This document shows positions 1 to 7,154 of a DNA stretch of 37,774 bases, piece after piece. Below the pieces are notes generated by a model. The model was not told the DNA's origin. It was given only the letters and a program-made list of their open reading frames with translations, and made no database searches. Within the stretch, counting starts at the first letter, position 1. The number at the start of each line of letters is the position of its first letter. The translations under genes and the position numbers were made by a program. The DNA is from a virus (lineage: Duplodnaviria; Caudoviricetes), in IMG/VR virus record IMGVR_UViG_3300033076_000793, positions 1-37,774 of that record. One strand, 5' to 3'.

Positions 1-77
1 TCTATCTGTGTGTAGTCGCACCATCTTTGGACGATTACTTGAGCAAATTTGGGATCGAGTTCCATTAAACGGGCTTT
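1..77. repeat. Exact 77-bp direct repeat, second copy at 37015-37091
   Basis: Base-by-base identity; first mismatch is 78 (g) versus 37092 (t). Confidence 0.97.
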
Positions 78-1196
78 GCGTGATAGATTTTCGCAAGCGA
101 TCATCGTTGTACCGCTACCGCCAAAAAGGTCAAGGACGATTTGTTTTGTTTGGCTACTATTGAAAACTACACGCTCTACTAATTGCACGGGCTTCATTGT
201 GGGGTGTAAGTCGTTTTTTTTAGTCTTGTTTATATCCCAAAAGTCCCACTCGGCTTTGCCACCGTTGAAACTATGCTCTTTAACCCAACCGTACACAATA
301 GGCTCATAATTGCTTTTATAGTCGCTATTGCTTAATGTCCCGCCCGCTTTATACCAAACAATCAAAGCCCTGTATTTAAGCTCCGCTTGGCGCATTGCGT
401 AAAAGAGATTATCTAGCCCAAGACGATAAAAGCTTATATAGTATGCGCCTTTATTAAATCGCTTTATGTTTTCTAAAATCTCAAAAAGGAACTTTTCGCC
501 ATCCTCTTGGCTCATCTTGTCGTTTTTTATGCGCCCGTGTACTGCTGAATGGCTTTTGCTTCCATCGTTATTTATCGTTCCTGTAAAGTCCATCAAATAC
601 GGCGGGTCTGTGAAAACCATATCAGCCTTTGCGCCGTCCATCAGCTTTTTAACATCGTCCTCGCTCGTACTATCCCCGCACATTAACCGATGGTTTCCAA
701 GCTCAATAATGTCGCCTCGATTGATTACGGGGTTTTCTTCGACTTCAGGTACTTCATCGGCTTTGGTTTCGTCTAATTCGGGCAAATCTTCTCCGTCAAA
801 GTCTATGTCCAAGTCCTTCAATTCATCATCAGTAAATCCAAGCAAATCAATGTCGTATCCTTCTTGATACAGTTCCTCGATTTCAATCTTCAACATCTCT
901 TCGTCCCATTCAGCAAGTTCTGCCATTTTGTTTACGCTAATTCTAAACGCTTTAATTTGAGCTTCTGTCAAATCGTCTGCGAGTATTACAGGGACTTCTT
1001 TAAAGTTAAGTCTTTTTGCCGCTTTATATCTAAGGTGGCCGTCAATTATAGTCCCGTCGCTCTTTGCTACTATTGGAACTTTAAACCCAAACTCTCTTAT
1101 AGCAGAAGCAACGCTTTCTACGGCGTGGTCGTTTTTTCTAGGATTGTTTATGTACGGGATTAATTTTTCAATTTCCCAAGTTTCTATGTTAAGCAC
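1..1196 (-). CDS. ParB-like N-terminal domain fused to a beta-class amino (N6A/N4C) DNA methyltransferase, allele A; runs off the window start and is absent from the ORF track
   Basis: Manual translation from GTG at 1196 (SD AAGGAG upstream): MLNIETWEIEKLIPYINNPRKNDHAV...IIDGHLRYKAAK (ParB), acidic linker, HRLMCGDST...VFTDPPY (motif IV)...HPTMKPV...LDLFGGSGTT (motif I)...MELDPKF. Open to position 1. Confidence 0.92.
   Translation of the reverse strand, partial: MLNIETWEIEKLIPYINNPRKNDHAVESVASAIREFGFKVPIVAKSDGTIIDGHLRYKAAKRLNFKEVPVILADDLTEAQIKAFRISVNKMAELAEWDEEMLKIEIEELYQEGYDIDLLGFTDDELKDLDIDFDGEDLPELDETKADEVPEVEENPVINRGDIIELGNHRLMCGDSTSEDDVKKLMDGAKADMVFTDPPYLMDFTGTINNDGSKSHSAVHGRIKNDKMSQEDGEKFLFEILENIKRFNKGAYYISFYRLGLDNLFYAMRQAELKYRALIVWYKAGGTLSNSDYKSNYEPIVYGWVKEHSFNGGKAEWDFWDINKTKKNDLHPTMKPVQLVERVVFNSSQTKQIVLDLFGGSGTTMIACENLSRKARLMELDPKFAQVIVQRWCDYTQI
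697..757. repeat. Exact 61-bp direct repeat, second copy at 37714-37774 (window end)
   Basis: ccaagctcaataatg...ggtacttcat is identical in both copies; homology continues leftward with mostly synonymous mismatches. Confidence 0.97.
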
Positions 1197-1767
1197 TTAT
1201 ATTCTCCTTTAGTAAAACAAACTCTACTTTGTTTATAATTTTATCAATAGCCTGTTTTGAAACATTGTTTAATTCTGCAATTTTTTTTCTACTATAACCC
1301 GCAAACTTGTGCATCAAATAGATTGATGTAAAATCCGACGACAAAATCTTTGTTTGCTTTGAATGATCGCCTTTTTTGAACACTAAAAGCCCGCTTTTAA
1401 TTGCGTGCATATTGTTTTCGGCTCTTGTTGTCCATTCTAGGTTTTCGACCCTGTTATCTGTTTTAATTCCATTTATATGATTAACTTCTTTTTTGTTTTC
1501 CGTATTTTCAATAAATGTTTCGGCTATAATTCTATGCGCTTTAATGTGTTTCTTTTTGCCTTCAACAACAATTCTTACAGTTTTATACCCATACTTGTCA
1601 ATACTTCCCCTTAGCATTACAATTTCATTTTTAATAATGCTTTTTCCGCTTTTACTTTTTTGTTCAGTTCTTGTCCTGTAAATATTTCCATTTATGTCCG
1701 AAGAATAATTCTTATTTTTTGCATACGGTATCAATTCCGCTGTTTTTCTATATTTAACTTCTAGCAT
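1189..1767 (-). CDS. Free-standing HNH homing endonuclease (NUMOD4-like N-terminus, HNH_3 core, C-terminal HTH)
   Basis: KYGYKTV...AHRIIAETFI...EVNHINGIKTDNRVENLEWTTRAENNMHA; C-terminal SRKKIAELNNVSKQAI is HTH-like. Confidence 0.9.
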   Translation of the reverse strand: MLEVKYRKTAELIPYAKNKNYSSDINGNIYRTRTEQKSKSGKSIIKNEIVMLRGSIDKYGYKTVRIVVEGKKKHIKAHRIIAETFIENTENKKEVNHINGIKTDNRVENLEWTTRAENNMHAIKSGLLVFKKGDHSKQTKILSSDFTSIYLMHKFAGYSRKKIAELNNVSKQAIDKIINKVEFVLLKENISA

Positions 1768-1961
1768 ACTGTGCCCTTAATTACTTTTTTAATCCAGAAT
1801 GTATCTTTTATCAAATGTTTTTCAAGTTTCCATTCGTCACAAGATTCATTATCATCTAATATCATTGAGTTTGTTTTGGTGCAAATATAATCATCATTAT
1901 CAGTCCATTCTGCAAACTCGCAACAATTACAAGTATTTTTAACCTCAAAAGTCATTTTCAT
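1761..1961 (-). CDS. Small Cys-rich hypothetical protein
   Basis: CNCCEF...C...CDEW pattern common in small phage Zn-binding proteins; abuts its neighbours. Confidence 0.7.
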   Translation of the reverse strand: MKMTFEVKNTCNCCEFAEWTDNDDYICTKTNSMILDDNESCDEWKLEKHLIKDTFWIKKVIKGTVC

Positions 1962-2303
1962 CTAAATCTCCATAAATTTATATTTTTCTCCATATTGCAA
2001 CAAAAATAATCGTTTTTTCAAATTATAAACATCTGTTTTAATGCCTTTAACATCAACAACAATATCTAGTCCAGCTTGCTTATATTGAAAATCTGCAATG
2101 TATTTTATTTTTGATAGCGTCTTTGCGTTCCATTTTACTTGAGGGATTATTTCAAACTCAGGTTGTAATTTTAGTTCTGAAATAACTCCAGCTTTCAACA
2201 AAGATAATAAATGTTGAAAATGTTGAGCTTCTTTTTTAGAGTCAAACTTATAAATTTCATTATTTAAAATTATCTCTGTTTTTTTGTTTCGATATTTATT
2301 CAT
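1962..2303 (-). CDS. DUF1064-family PD-(D/E)XK endonuclease (putative resolvase)
   Basis: NKYRNKK...FDSKKEA...LQPEF...KYIADFQY...VVDVKG...Y.LKKRLF signature. Confidence 0.88.
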   Translation of the reverse strand: MNKYRNKKTEIILNNEIYKFDSKKEAQHFQHLLSLLKAGVISELKLQPEFEIIPQVKWNAKTLSKIKYIADFQYKQAGLDIVVDVKGIKTDVYNLKKRLFLLQYGEKYKFMEI

Positions 2304-2436
2304 TTATGTCACTTCTTTGAACATATAACATCGTTGCATCTTCCAGCATTTCAATGCACAATCTTCCATCTTTCATGAATCCCAAAATCCTTGCTTCAAA
2401 TCCGTTGTATTTGATTAGCTGCCCTTGTTTTAACAT
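2296..2436 (-). CDS. Small hypothetical protein (46 aa, below the ORF-track cutoff)
   Basis: Manual ORF MLKQGQLIKYNGFEARILGF... fills the gap between flanking genes; SD AAGGG. Confidence 0.6.
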   Translation of the reverse strand: MLKQGQLIKYNGFEARILGFMKDGRLCIEMLEDATMLYVQRSDINE

Positions 2437-2439
2437 TAA

Positions 2440-2745
2440 TTACCCTTTTCGTTTATTGTCTAGCATTTCTTTAATTTTTCGGACTCGCTCACACCCGCAA
2501 CTAACAACGCGACCGTTTTTGATTAAAGTGATTTTATTCACAAACTCTTTGCCGCAATAGCATTGAAATTTTGCTTTTCTTATCGCCATTAGATAAATTG
2601 AATCTTTATCTTTTTTTCGAAGCTCTGGTTCTGCTTCCTCTAAGTATCTGATCCCGCTGGCGGTTATAACCTCGCCTTTTTCATATTGCTTTCTTTTGTT
2701 TTCTTGAACACTTAAGCCATTCAAGAAGCGCGTTTTTCTTTCCAT
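2440..2745 (-). CDS. Hypothetical protein with a CxCG...SCGC Zn-binding module of the kind found at the N-terminus of AP2/HNH endonucleases
   Basis: FQCYCGKEF...IKNGRVVSCGC; no nuclease domain follows. Confidence 0.7.
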   Translation of the reverse strand: MERKTRFLNGLSVQENKRKQYEKGEVITASGIRYLEEAEPELRKKDKDSIYLMAIRKAKFQCYCGKEFVNKITLIKNGRVVSCGCERVRKIKEMLDNKRKG

Positions 2746-2964
2746 TTAATCCCTTTCGCGTAAAAATTGCCTGTTGTCTTCAATCGCACTTAATACTTCG
2801 TTTATTCTTTGATTGTCGCGCTGCATATAATCAACATCACATAGTTCTACCAATAGCTCTTCGGCCTTCTTGATCTTGTATTCTATCGCCTCAAAATATT
2901 CCATCCCTTTCAGATAATACGGCTCTATTCCGTACAAATATTGCGTTCTACTCATCAAATTCAT
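2746..2964 (-). CDS. Hypothetical protein
   Basis: 72-aa ORF with AAGGA SD, tightly packed in the operon. Confidence 0.7.
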   Translation of the reverse strand: MNLMSRTQYLYGIEPYYLKGMEYFEAIEYKIKKAEELLVELCDVDYMQRDNQRINEVLSAIEDNRQFLRERD

Positions 2965-3085
2965 TGTCGTCCTTTTTTATATTTCTTTTGCAAAATGGAC
3001 AAATAAACTCTTCTGTGTTTGTGTCCGATTCGACCTCAAAATCGTTTAAGCAATTCGGACAAATAACTTCGTTAATAATTATCAT
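2948..3085 (-). CDS. Small Zn-ribbon protein (45 aa)
   Basis: Manual ORF MIIINEVICPNCLNDFEV...FICPFCKR; SD AAGGTG. Confidence 0.65.
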   Translation of the reverse strand: MIIINEVICPNCLNDFEVESDTNTEEFICPFCKRNIKKDDNEFDE

Positions 3086-3094
3086 TTGAACACC

Positions 3095-3178
3095 TTAAAG
3101 GTAATTTATAATTGCATAAGCGCAACAATATACGCTCGATAAAATTATAGCCAACACCACAATATCAACTAGCTTCAT
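3095..3178 (-). CDS. Possible 27-aa membrane peptide
   Basis: Manual ORF MKLVDIVVLAIILSSVYCCAYAIINYL fills an intergenic gap. Confidence 0.4.
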   Translation of the reverse strand: MKLVDIVVLAIILSSVYCCAYAIINYL

Positions 3179-3455
3179 TCTTTAACTTTTTGTATAAGTC
3201 AAAACACCTGTTTGTGGTTTTCAGGTTTGCTACTCCGCCTTTGTAATCGCGTATTGCGTGATAAATGCTCCCGCCATTTTTGCTGATTAAGTGATTTATA
3301 ACTAGCTCGATTGCTTTTAAGCTGTTCGCATTTGTGTCACCAAGCACATCTTGCCAAAATAGCCTTTTGATTCCGCCAATCCCACAAGTCTTACTGTCTG
3401 CGTGTTTTGCATCATATCTACAATTTGACTCTGTCAAAGCTATTGCTAGCACCAA
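3165..3455 (-). CDS. Lytic transglycosylase (SLT)-like catalytic domain; probably the 3' part of a frameshifted gene with 3469..3663
   Basis: LAIALTES (catalytic Glu motif), GIGGI (GLMQ-like), AIRDYKGG (AxxYNxG-like); TTG start lacks a clear SD. Confidence 0.6.
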   Translation of the reverse strand: MVLAIALTESNCRYDAKHADSKTCGIGGIKRLFWQDVLGDTNANSLKAIELVINHLISKNGGSIYHAIRDYKGGVANLKTTNRCFDLYKKLKNEAS

Positions 3456-3468
3456 AGCCCGTCTATGT

Positions 3469-3663
3469 TTACTTACTGCGAAGATAGTCCTTTATCAGCT
3501 TATCATCATTAATTGCTTCTAGGTCCGATATTTTTTCCACTTGATTTTCAATCAAAAGTTGATTTCTGAAATCTCTATCAATATAAATTCCTAAATATTG
3601 GCTCAGCACCAATACCGCAAAAAATAGTATTGCTATTAGTGCGCTTTTAATATTTTCTTTCAT
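3469..3663 (-). CDS. Membrane-anchored N-terminal part of the putative transglycosylase
   Basis: N-terminal TM helix ALIAILFFAVLVLSQYLGI; strong SD GGAGG. Confidence 0.6.
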   Translation of the reverse strand: MKENIKSALIAILFFAVLVLSQYLGIYIDRDFRNQLLIENQVEKISDLEAINDDKLIKDYLRSK

Positions 3664-4064
3664 TGTTTATCCTCCAATAATTCAGGATTTTCGTATATGT
3701 TGCCGATTACTTCTTTTCTGTCTATCCATCTCGTCGTTAGTCCACAAAACCCCATATCTGTATAATAGTATTTTTTAAAATATGCAACAAAACTAGCTTC
3801 AAAGGTCTCGTACCCTATTATATGTATAACCTCTTCTCCTTCAGTTGATATTTGACTGATAATATCTCCCTCATAAATCTCAACACCATTTTTATCTTTA
3901 AGACCTATGTATTGCATAATAACCCATTCTTGATGGTTTATGGTTAAAATACTTTGAACAAGTACACTTGCAGATACTTCTGTATTATTGAGCCATTGAT
4001 TATGATTAACAAATCTATTATTTGCTTTATCCCATGCTCTAAACTTAAATCGTGAATTTTCCAT
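3660..4064 (-). CDS. YopX-family phage protein
   Basis: FKFRAWDK...MQYIGLKDKNGVEIYEGDI...EVIGNIYENPELL; start moved to ATG at 4064 (MENSRF). Confidence 0.92.
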   Translation of the reverse strand: MENSRFKFRAWDKANNRFVNHNQWLNNTEVSASVLVQSILTINHQEWVIMQYIGLKDKNGVEIYEGDIISQISTEGEEVIHIIGYETFEASFVAYFKKYYYTDMGFCGLTTRWIDRKEVIGNIYENPELLEDKQ

Positions 4065-4115
4065 CTTCTTTCCTTTTTTTTTCTGATATGTGGTGCTTGA
4101 TGTGTTCAACTGCTG

Positions 4116-4460
4116 TCATTGTTTGTCCTTATCCAAAATCCACTGACACGCGTCAAATACAGCTTGTTGTTCTGATTCTGCAAAGAAGTGGTTTATTGGC
4201 TTCATTGATAATGTGTATCTTTTATCTGAATAATCTATATAGCATGAGTGCAATCCTGCTTCTAGTCCACCGCTTAACATATCATAACCTTGATTATATG
4301 CCCATTCTTTACACGCAAAGAAGAATGTATCAATATTTTCTGTAAACTCAGCACCATCTGTAAGATATGCCACTATTGAATATGTGCCTACTTCTATTCT
4401 TAACAAATAATCTTCATTATATACTGCTTCAAACAATTCTTTTGATATTTTATAGCTCAT
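4116..4460 (-). CDS. Hypothetical phage protein
   Basis: 114-aa ORF with ATGA overlaps; its C-terminus ESEQQAVFDAC recurs as a remnant at about 34704-34790. Confidence 0.75.
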   Translation of the reverse strand: MSYKISKELFEAVYNEDYLLRIEVGTYSIVAYLTDGAEFTENIDTFFFACKEWAYNQGYDMLSGGLEAGLHSCYIDYSDKRYTLSMKPINHFFAESEQQAVFDACQWILDKDKQ

Positions 4461-4612
4461 TCCTTGCTCCTAAATAAATCAATAATTGATTTTAAAATTT
4501 CATTTAAAACAACATAAATACCTACAAAAATTGCAATAATAATGCTTATAATTAATGGTGCAAGATAAAATCCTATCGCTATGCAGATGCCTGCAAAAAT
4601 CCATTCAACCAT
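4457..4612 (-). CDS. Small membrane protein (51 aa)
   Basis: Manual ORF MVEWIFAGICIAIGFYLAPLIISIIIAIFVGIYVVL...; SD GGGAG; stop overlaps the next ATG. Confidence 0.6.
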   Translation of the reverse strand: MVEWIFAGICIAIGFYLAPLIISIIIAIFVGIYVVLNEILKSIIDLFRSKE

Positions 4613-4694
4613 ATTTTGCTCCCGCTCTCTCTTAGTCTTTTTTTAAGCTCTTCTAAGCTTAGTTTTTTAGCTTGTTTCATATAGTCTTCAAAGC

Positions 4695-5522
4695 TCATAT
4701 TAAATCCTCCAGCCAATCAAGATAAAATCTTGCTTTTTTAATGTCGTCTTTGTCCTGATTCTTTTGCCTCATCGTGTATTTGTTAATCATAAATTGACAT
4801 ATTGCTTTTTGTTGTTCGGTCGTGTGATTCGCCTTGCTCCAAGCAACTGTGTCGATTTTCAAATGTTTATAAGAATCTCCAACAATATTTTCAGTTTCTT
4901 TGAGTGCTATTTCAACATCTGCAAGCTTTGGAACTACGATTTTATCTGGCATCAAACACTCCACCTCTTTCGTTTTTTTGTTTTTTAATGGTCTGCCCGT
5001 TTTTGGTTTTCTGTAATTTAAAACACTTTCAAGATCGCAATAACCGTCACCGCCTTTGATTTGTTTTCGTGAGATCATATTGTAAAGGCGGTGTCGTTCA
5101 ACGCCTAAAATTTCCATCGTTCTTTGGTAAGAAATTTCGTTTGGGTTTGTGTGCTTTTTTTGCCTTAATATCATTAATGCTGCGTTACCTTTTGGGAGTC
5201 TATCTCGCTTATATTCCTCGACGCTTTTAAGCGTAACAAATCCACGACTGCCAATTAATTTTTTCTTCCAAATTAAGCTGCTTATGGTGTCAACGTTTTG
5301 AATCCCTAAAATTTCTTTTGCTTTAATGTAAGAGATTTTTTCTTCTGTGGTGTTATCTTCCGGTTGTTTTTCTTCTGTGGTTTTTTCTTTGTTTCTGTAA
5401 TTTAAAATGTGATCTGGTGGTAATGCGATCTTCTTTGTTGCTTCTGGTTTTTGTTCTATCACGGTTTTTTCTGCCCAAACTTCATTTAGTTTTTGATTTA
5501 TTTTTTCGATGTTTCTGCTCAT
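4695..5522 (-). CDS. Tandem Xis/MerR-like winged-helix repeats fused to a C-terminal DUF3310-like domain
   Basis: Internal repeats ISYIKAKEILGI...VTLKSVEEYK and ISYQRTMEILGV...CDLESVLNYR; C-terminal INKYTMR...DDIKKARFYLDWL. Confidence 0.7.
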   Translation of the reverse strand: MSRNIEKINQKLNEVWAEKTVIEQKPEATKKIALPPDHILNYRNKEKTTEEKQPEDNTTEEKISYIKAKEILGIQNVDTISSLIWKKKLIGSRGFVTLKSVEEYKRDRLPKGNAALMILRQKKHTNPNEISYQRTMEILGVERHRLYNMISRKQIKGGDGYCDLESVLNYRKPKTGRPLKNKKTKEVECLMPDKIVVPKLADVEIALKETENIVGDSYKHLKIDTVAWSKANHTTEQQKAICQFMINKYTMRQKNQDKDDIKKARFYLDWLEDLI

Positions 5523-5904
5523 CTGATTCCTTATAAAAAATATCTACAATTTCTTTGGCGTCTTTAATGTCCTGCTCGGTTCTAAATAAAAATTGACCGT
5601 TCGCTTTTTGAGTCAATATTCTTAATCGCTCGTACTTCGAAAGACTTGGATTTCTTAATATAAGCCGAAAACAAAAAGGCAAAGCCTGTACGGCCTTGTC
5701 CTCATCTTGTGTTATATCGCACATTCTGTCCCAAGCATTTTTAACAAGTTTTATAACATTTTGATGTCTTGCATTTTTCTGATTGATAAGCGTTAAAATA
5801 TTTAGCATTTCCGCCAAAATATCGTCCATCTTATTGCCTGAGATATAATACTCATATAGAAAACTTCTAGCTAATAAAAACCCTTGAACTGATTTTATTT
5901 TCAT
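5482..5904 (-). CDS. Hypothetical protein
   Basis: 140-aa ORF, SD AAGGA. Confidence 0.7.
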   Translation of the reverse strand: MKIKSVQGFLLARSFLYEYYISGNKMDDILAEMLNILTLINQKNARHQNVIKLVKNAWDRMCDITQDEDKAVQALPFCFRLILRNPSLSKYERLRILTQKANGQFLFRTEQDIKDAKEIVDIFYKESDEQKHRKNKSKTK

Positions 5905-5916
5905 AACTGTCCTTTG

Positions 5917-6363
5917 TTAAAATGGTATATTGCTATCATCTTCCATATTTATGATTGGTATCTGCTTTGGTTCGTCTTTTAATGTGTTCGTAAGCTCGCT
6001 TGGCTCCCAGCTTTTAGCTACTATTTTTGCCCCAATAGTCCCGTCGCTTTTATTATAGTTTTCTTGTGTGAAATTGCCATAAACATATCGGTTAGCCATC
6101 ATATCTGTGTCTACTATATTTGGCATTTTTAAGGCTTTTGTCAAAACTTTTAGCCTCCATAATGCTTCTTGTGTCAGTATAATTTCTTCGATGTACAGCT
6201 CGCCTTCTTTTGTCTTAAAAAATACCTTTAAAACTTTGTTACCATTTTTGGTGATCCCGCCGTCTTTAACCTTTGTGACCTTTAATAATATCCTTCCTGT
6301 TCTCGCAAGGTATGGGAGTTTTTCCTGCTCGGTTTCTTCTATGTTTGTTAAATCTATTATCAT
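5917..6363 (-). CDS. DUF669-like single-stranded DNA-binding protein
   Basis: Follows recT; TKNGN.VLKV.F...ALWRLKVLTKAL; acidic tail ending DDSNIPF. Confidence 0.72.
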   Translation of the reverse strand: MIIDLTNIEETEQEKLPYLARTGRILLKVTKVKDGGITKNGNKVLKVFFKTKEGELYIEEIILTQEALWRLKVLTKALKMPNIVDTDMMANRYVYGNFTQENYNKSDGTIGAKIVAKSWEPSELTNTLKDEPKQIPIINMEDDSNIPF

Positions 6364-7145
6364 TTTATTTCCTCGTTTTCAATTTCTATGTCAATTAAAT
6401 CTTCAAGATTAATTGATGTATCTTTTTTGACCTCTTGTATCCTCTCTATGTCCAGCTTGTTATCAATCTCAACTGCTCTTGCAATTTGCTCAGTCATAGG
6501 CGTTTTTGATAACACATATTTTAATGCTTTCGCCTGATACATTTCCAAGCCCCAATCGATGTAAGGCGAAAATTTGCTATTTCTTGCGGGACTTTTGCCT
6601 GCAATTTGTTTTATCTTCCCGAAACTAACAAAGTTATTTGTAATAGTCTTTGTGTAATTATCCTTGATTGAAATTAGCACCCCCTTCAAGTTTTGTTCTA
6701 CCCAATCCGGTTCAAAATCTTTTCGCTCGTCATAATTTGGTTTAAATGTTACTGTTTCGTCAAAGCCGTTATCCTCTAAACTAAAAACATCACATTTAAA
6801 GACTGCTTTTGCTTTTACCGATTTTCCGCCTCGCTCCGCCAAAGCTAACCAACCTTTGTAACCAATGACTGCCTCTGCGTCGGCTTTGTATTTTACAATA
6901 TATGCTTGCCCTAACCCCTTTGCCAAAGGCAACTCTAGCTCTGCTAATTGTAAAGCGGACTTTATAATGCTTGCTGGCGTACATTGTAATAATGTAGCAT
7001 CTAAAGCGATATTCATCAAAGTCGCTTTAAATTTTTCGGCTTTGTTTTCGTCTTTGCTAAATAGACTTACCAGCCGGCCTGTTACTTCGGGATTTGTTAA
7101 TAATCCCGTAATTTGATTCTTTCGCTCTATAATTGCGTTGCTCAT
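6360..7145 (-). CDS. recT: RecT-family single-strand annealing recombinase
   Basis: LLQCTPASIIKSALQLAELEL...LGQAYIVKY...IGYKGWLALAERGG...EMYQAKALKY..SKTP. Confidence 0.9.
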   Translation of the reverse strand: MSNAIIERKNQITGLLTNPEVTGRLVSLFSKDENKAEKFKATLMNIALDATLLQCTPASIIKSALQLAELELPLAKGLGQAYIVKYKADAEAVIGYKGWLALAERGGKSVKAKAVFKCDVFSLEDNGFDETVTFKPNYDERKDFEPDWVEQNLKGVLISIKDNYTKTITNNFVSFGKIKQIAGKSPARNSKFSPYIDWGLEMYQAKALKYVLSKTPMTEQIARAVEIDNKLDIERIQEVKKDTSINLEDLIDIEIENEEIK

Positions 7146-7154
7146 ATTTGCCTC

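Noticed and set aside
1-77. End repeats as attL/attR or true terminal repeats
   Set aside because: They lie inside an MTase coding sequence, no integrase is present, and the copies are offset from the ends, which fits an allele bubble or duplication better.
49-1163. Plus-strand ORFs 49..309, 466..867 and 864..1163, and the other plus-strand ORFs in the track
   Set aside because: They are antisense shadows of well-supported minus-strand genes, with no motifs or SD; the real gene here is the minus-strand MTase missed because it runs off the edge.
850-1196. ParB domain as evidence of a plasmid-prophage partition system
   Set aside because: ParB-like domains fused to MTases are common in phages, and no ParA or parS array is visible.
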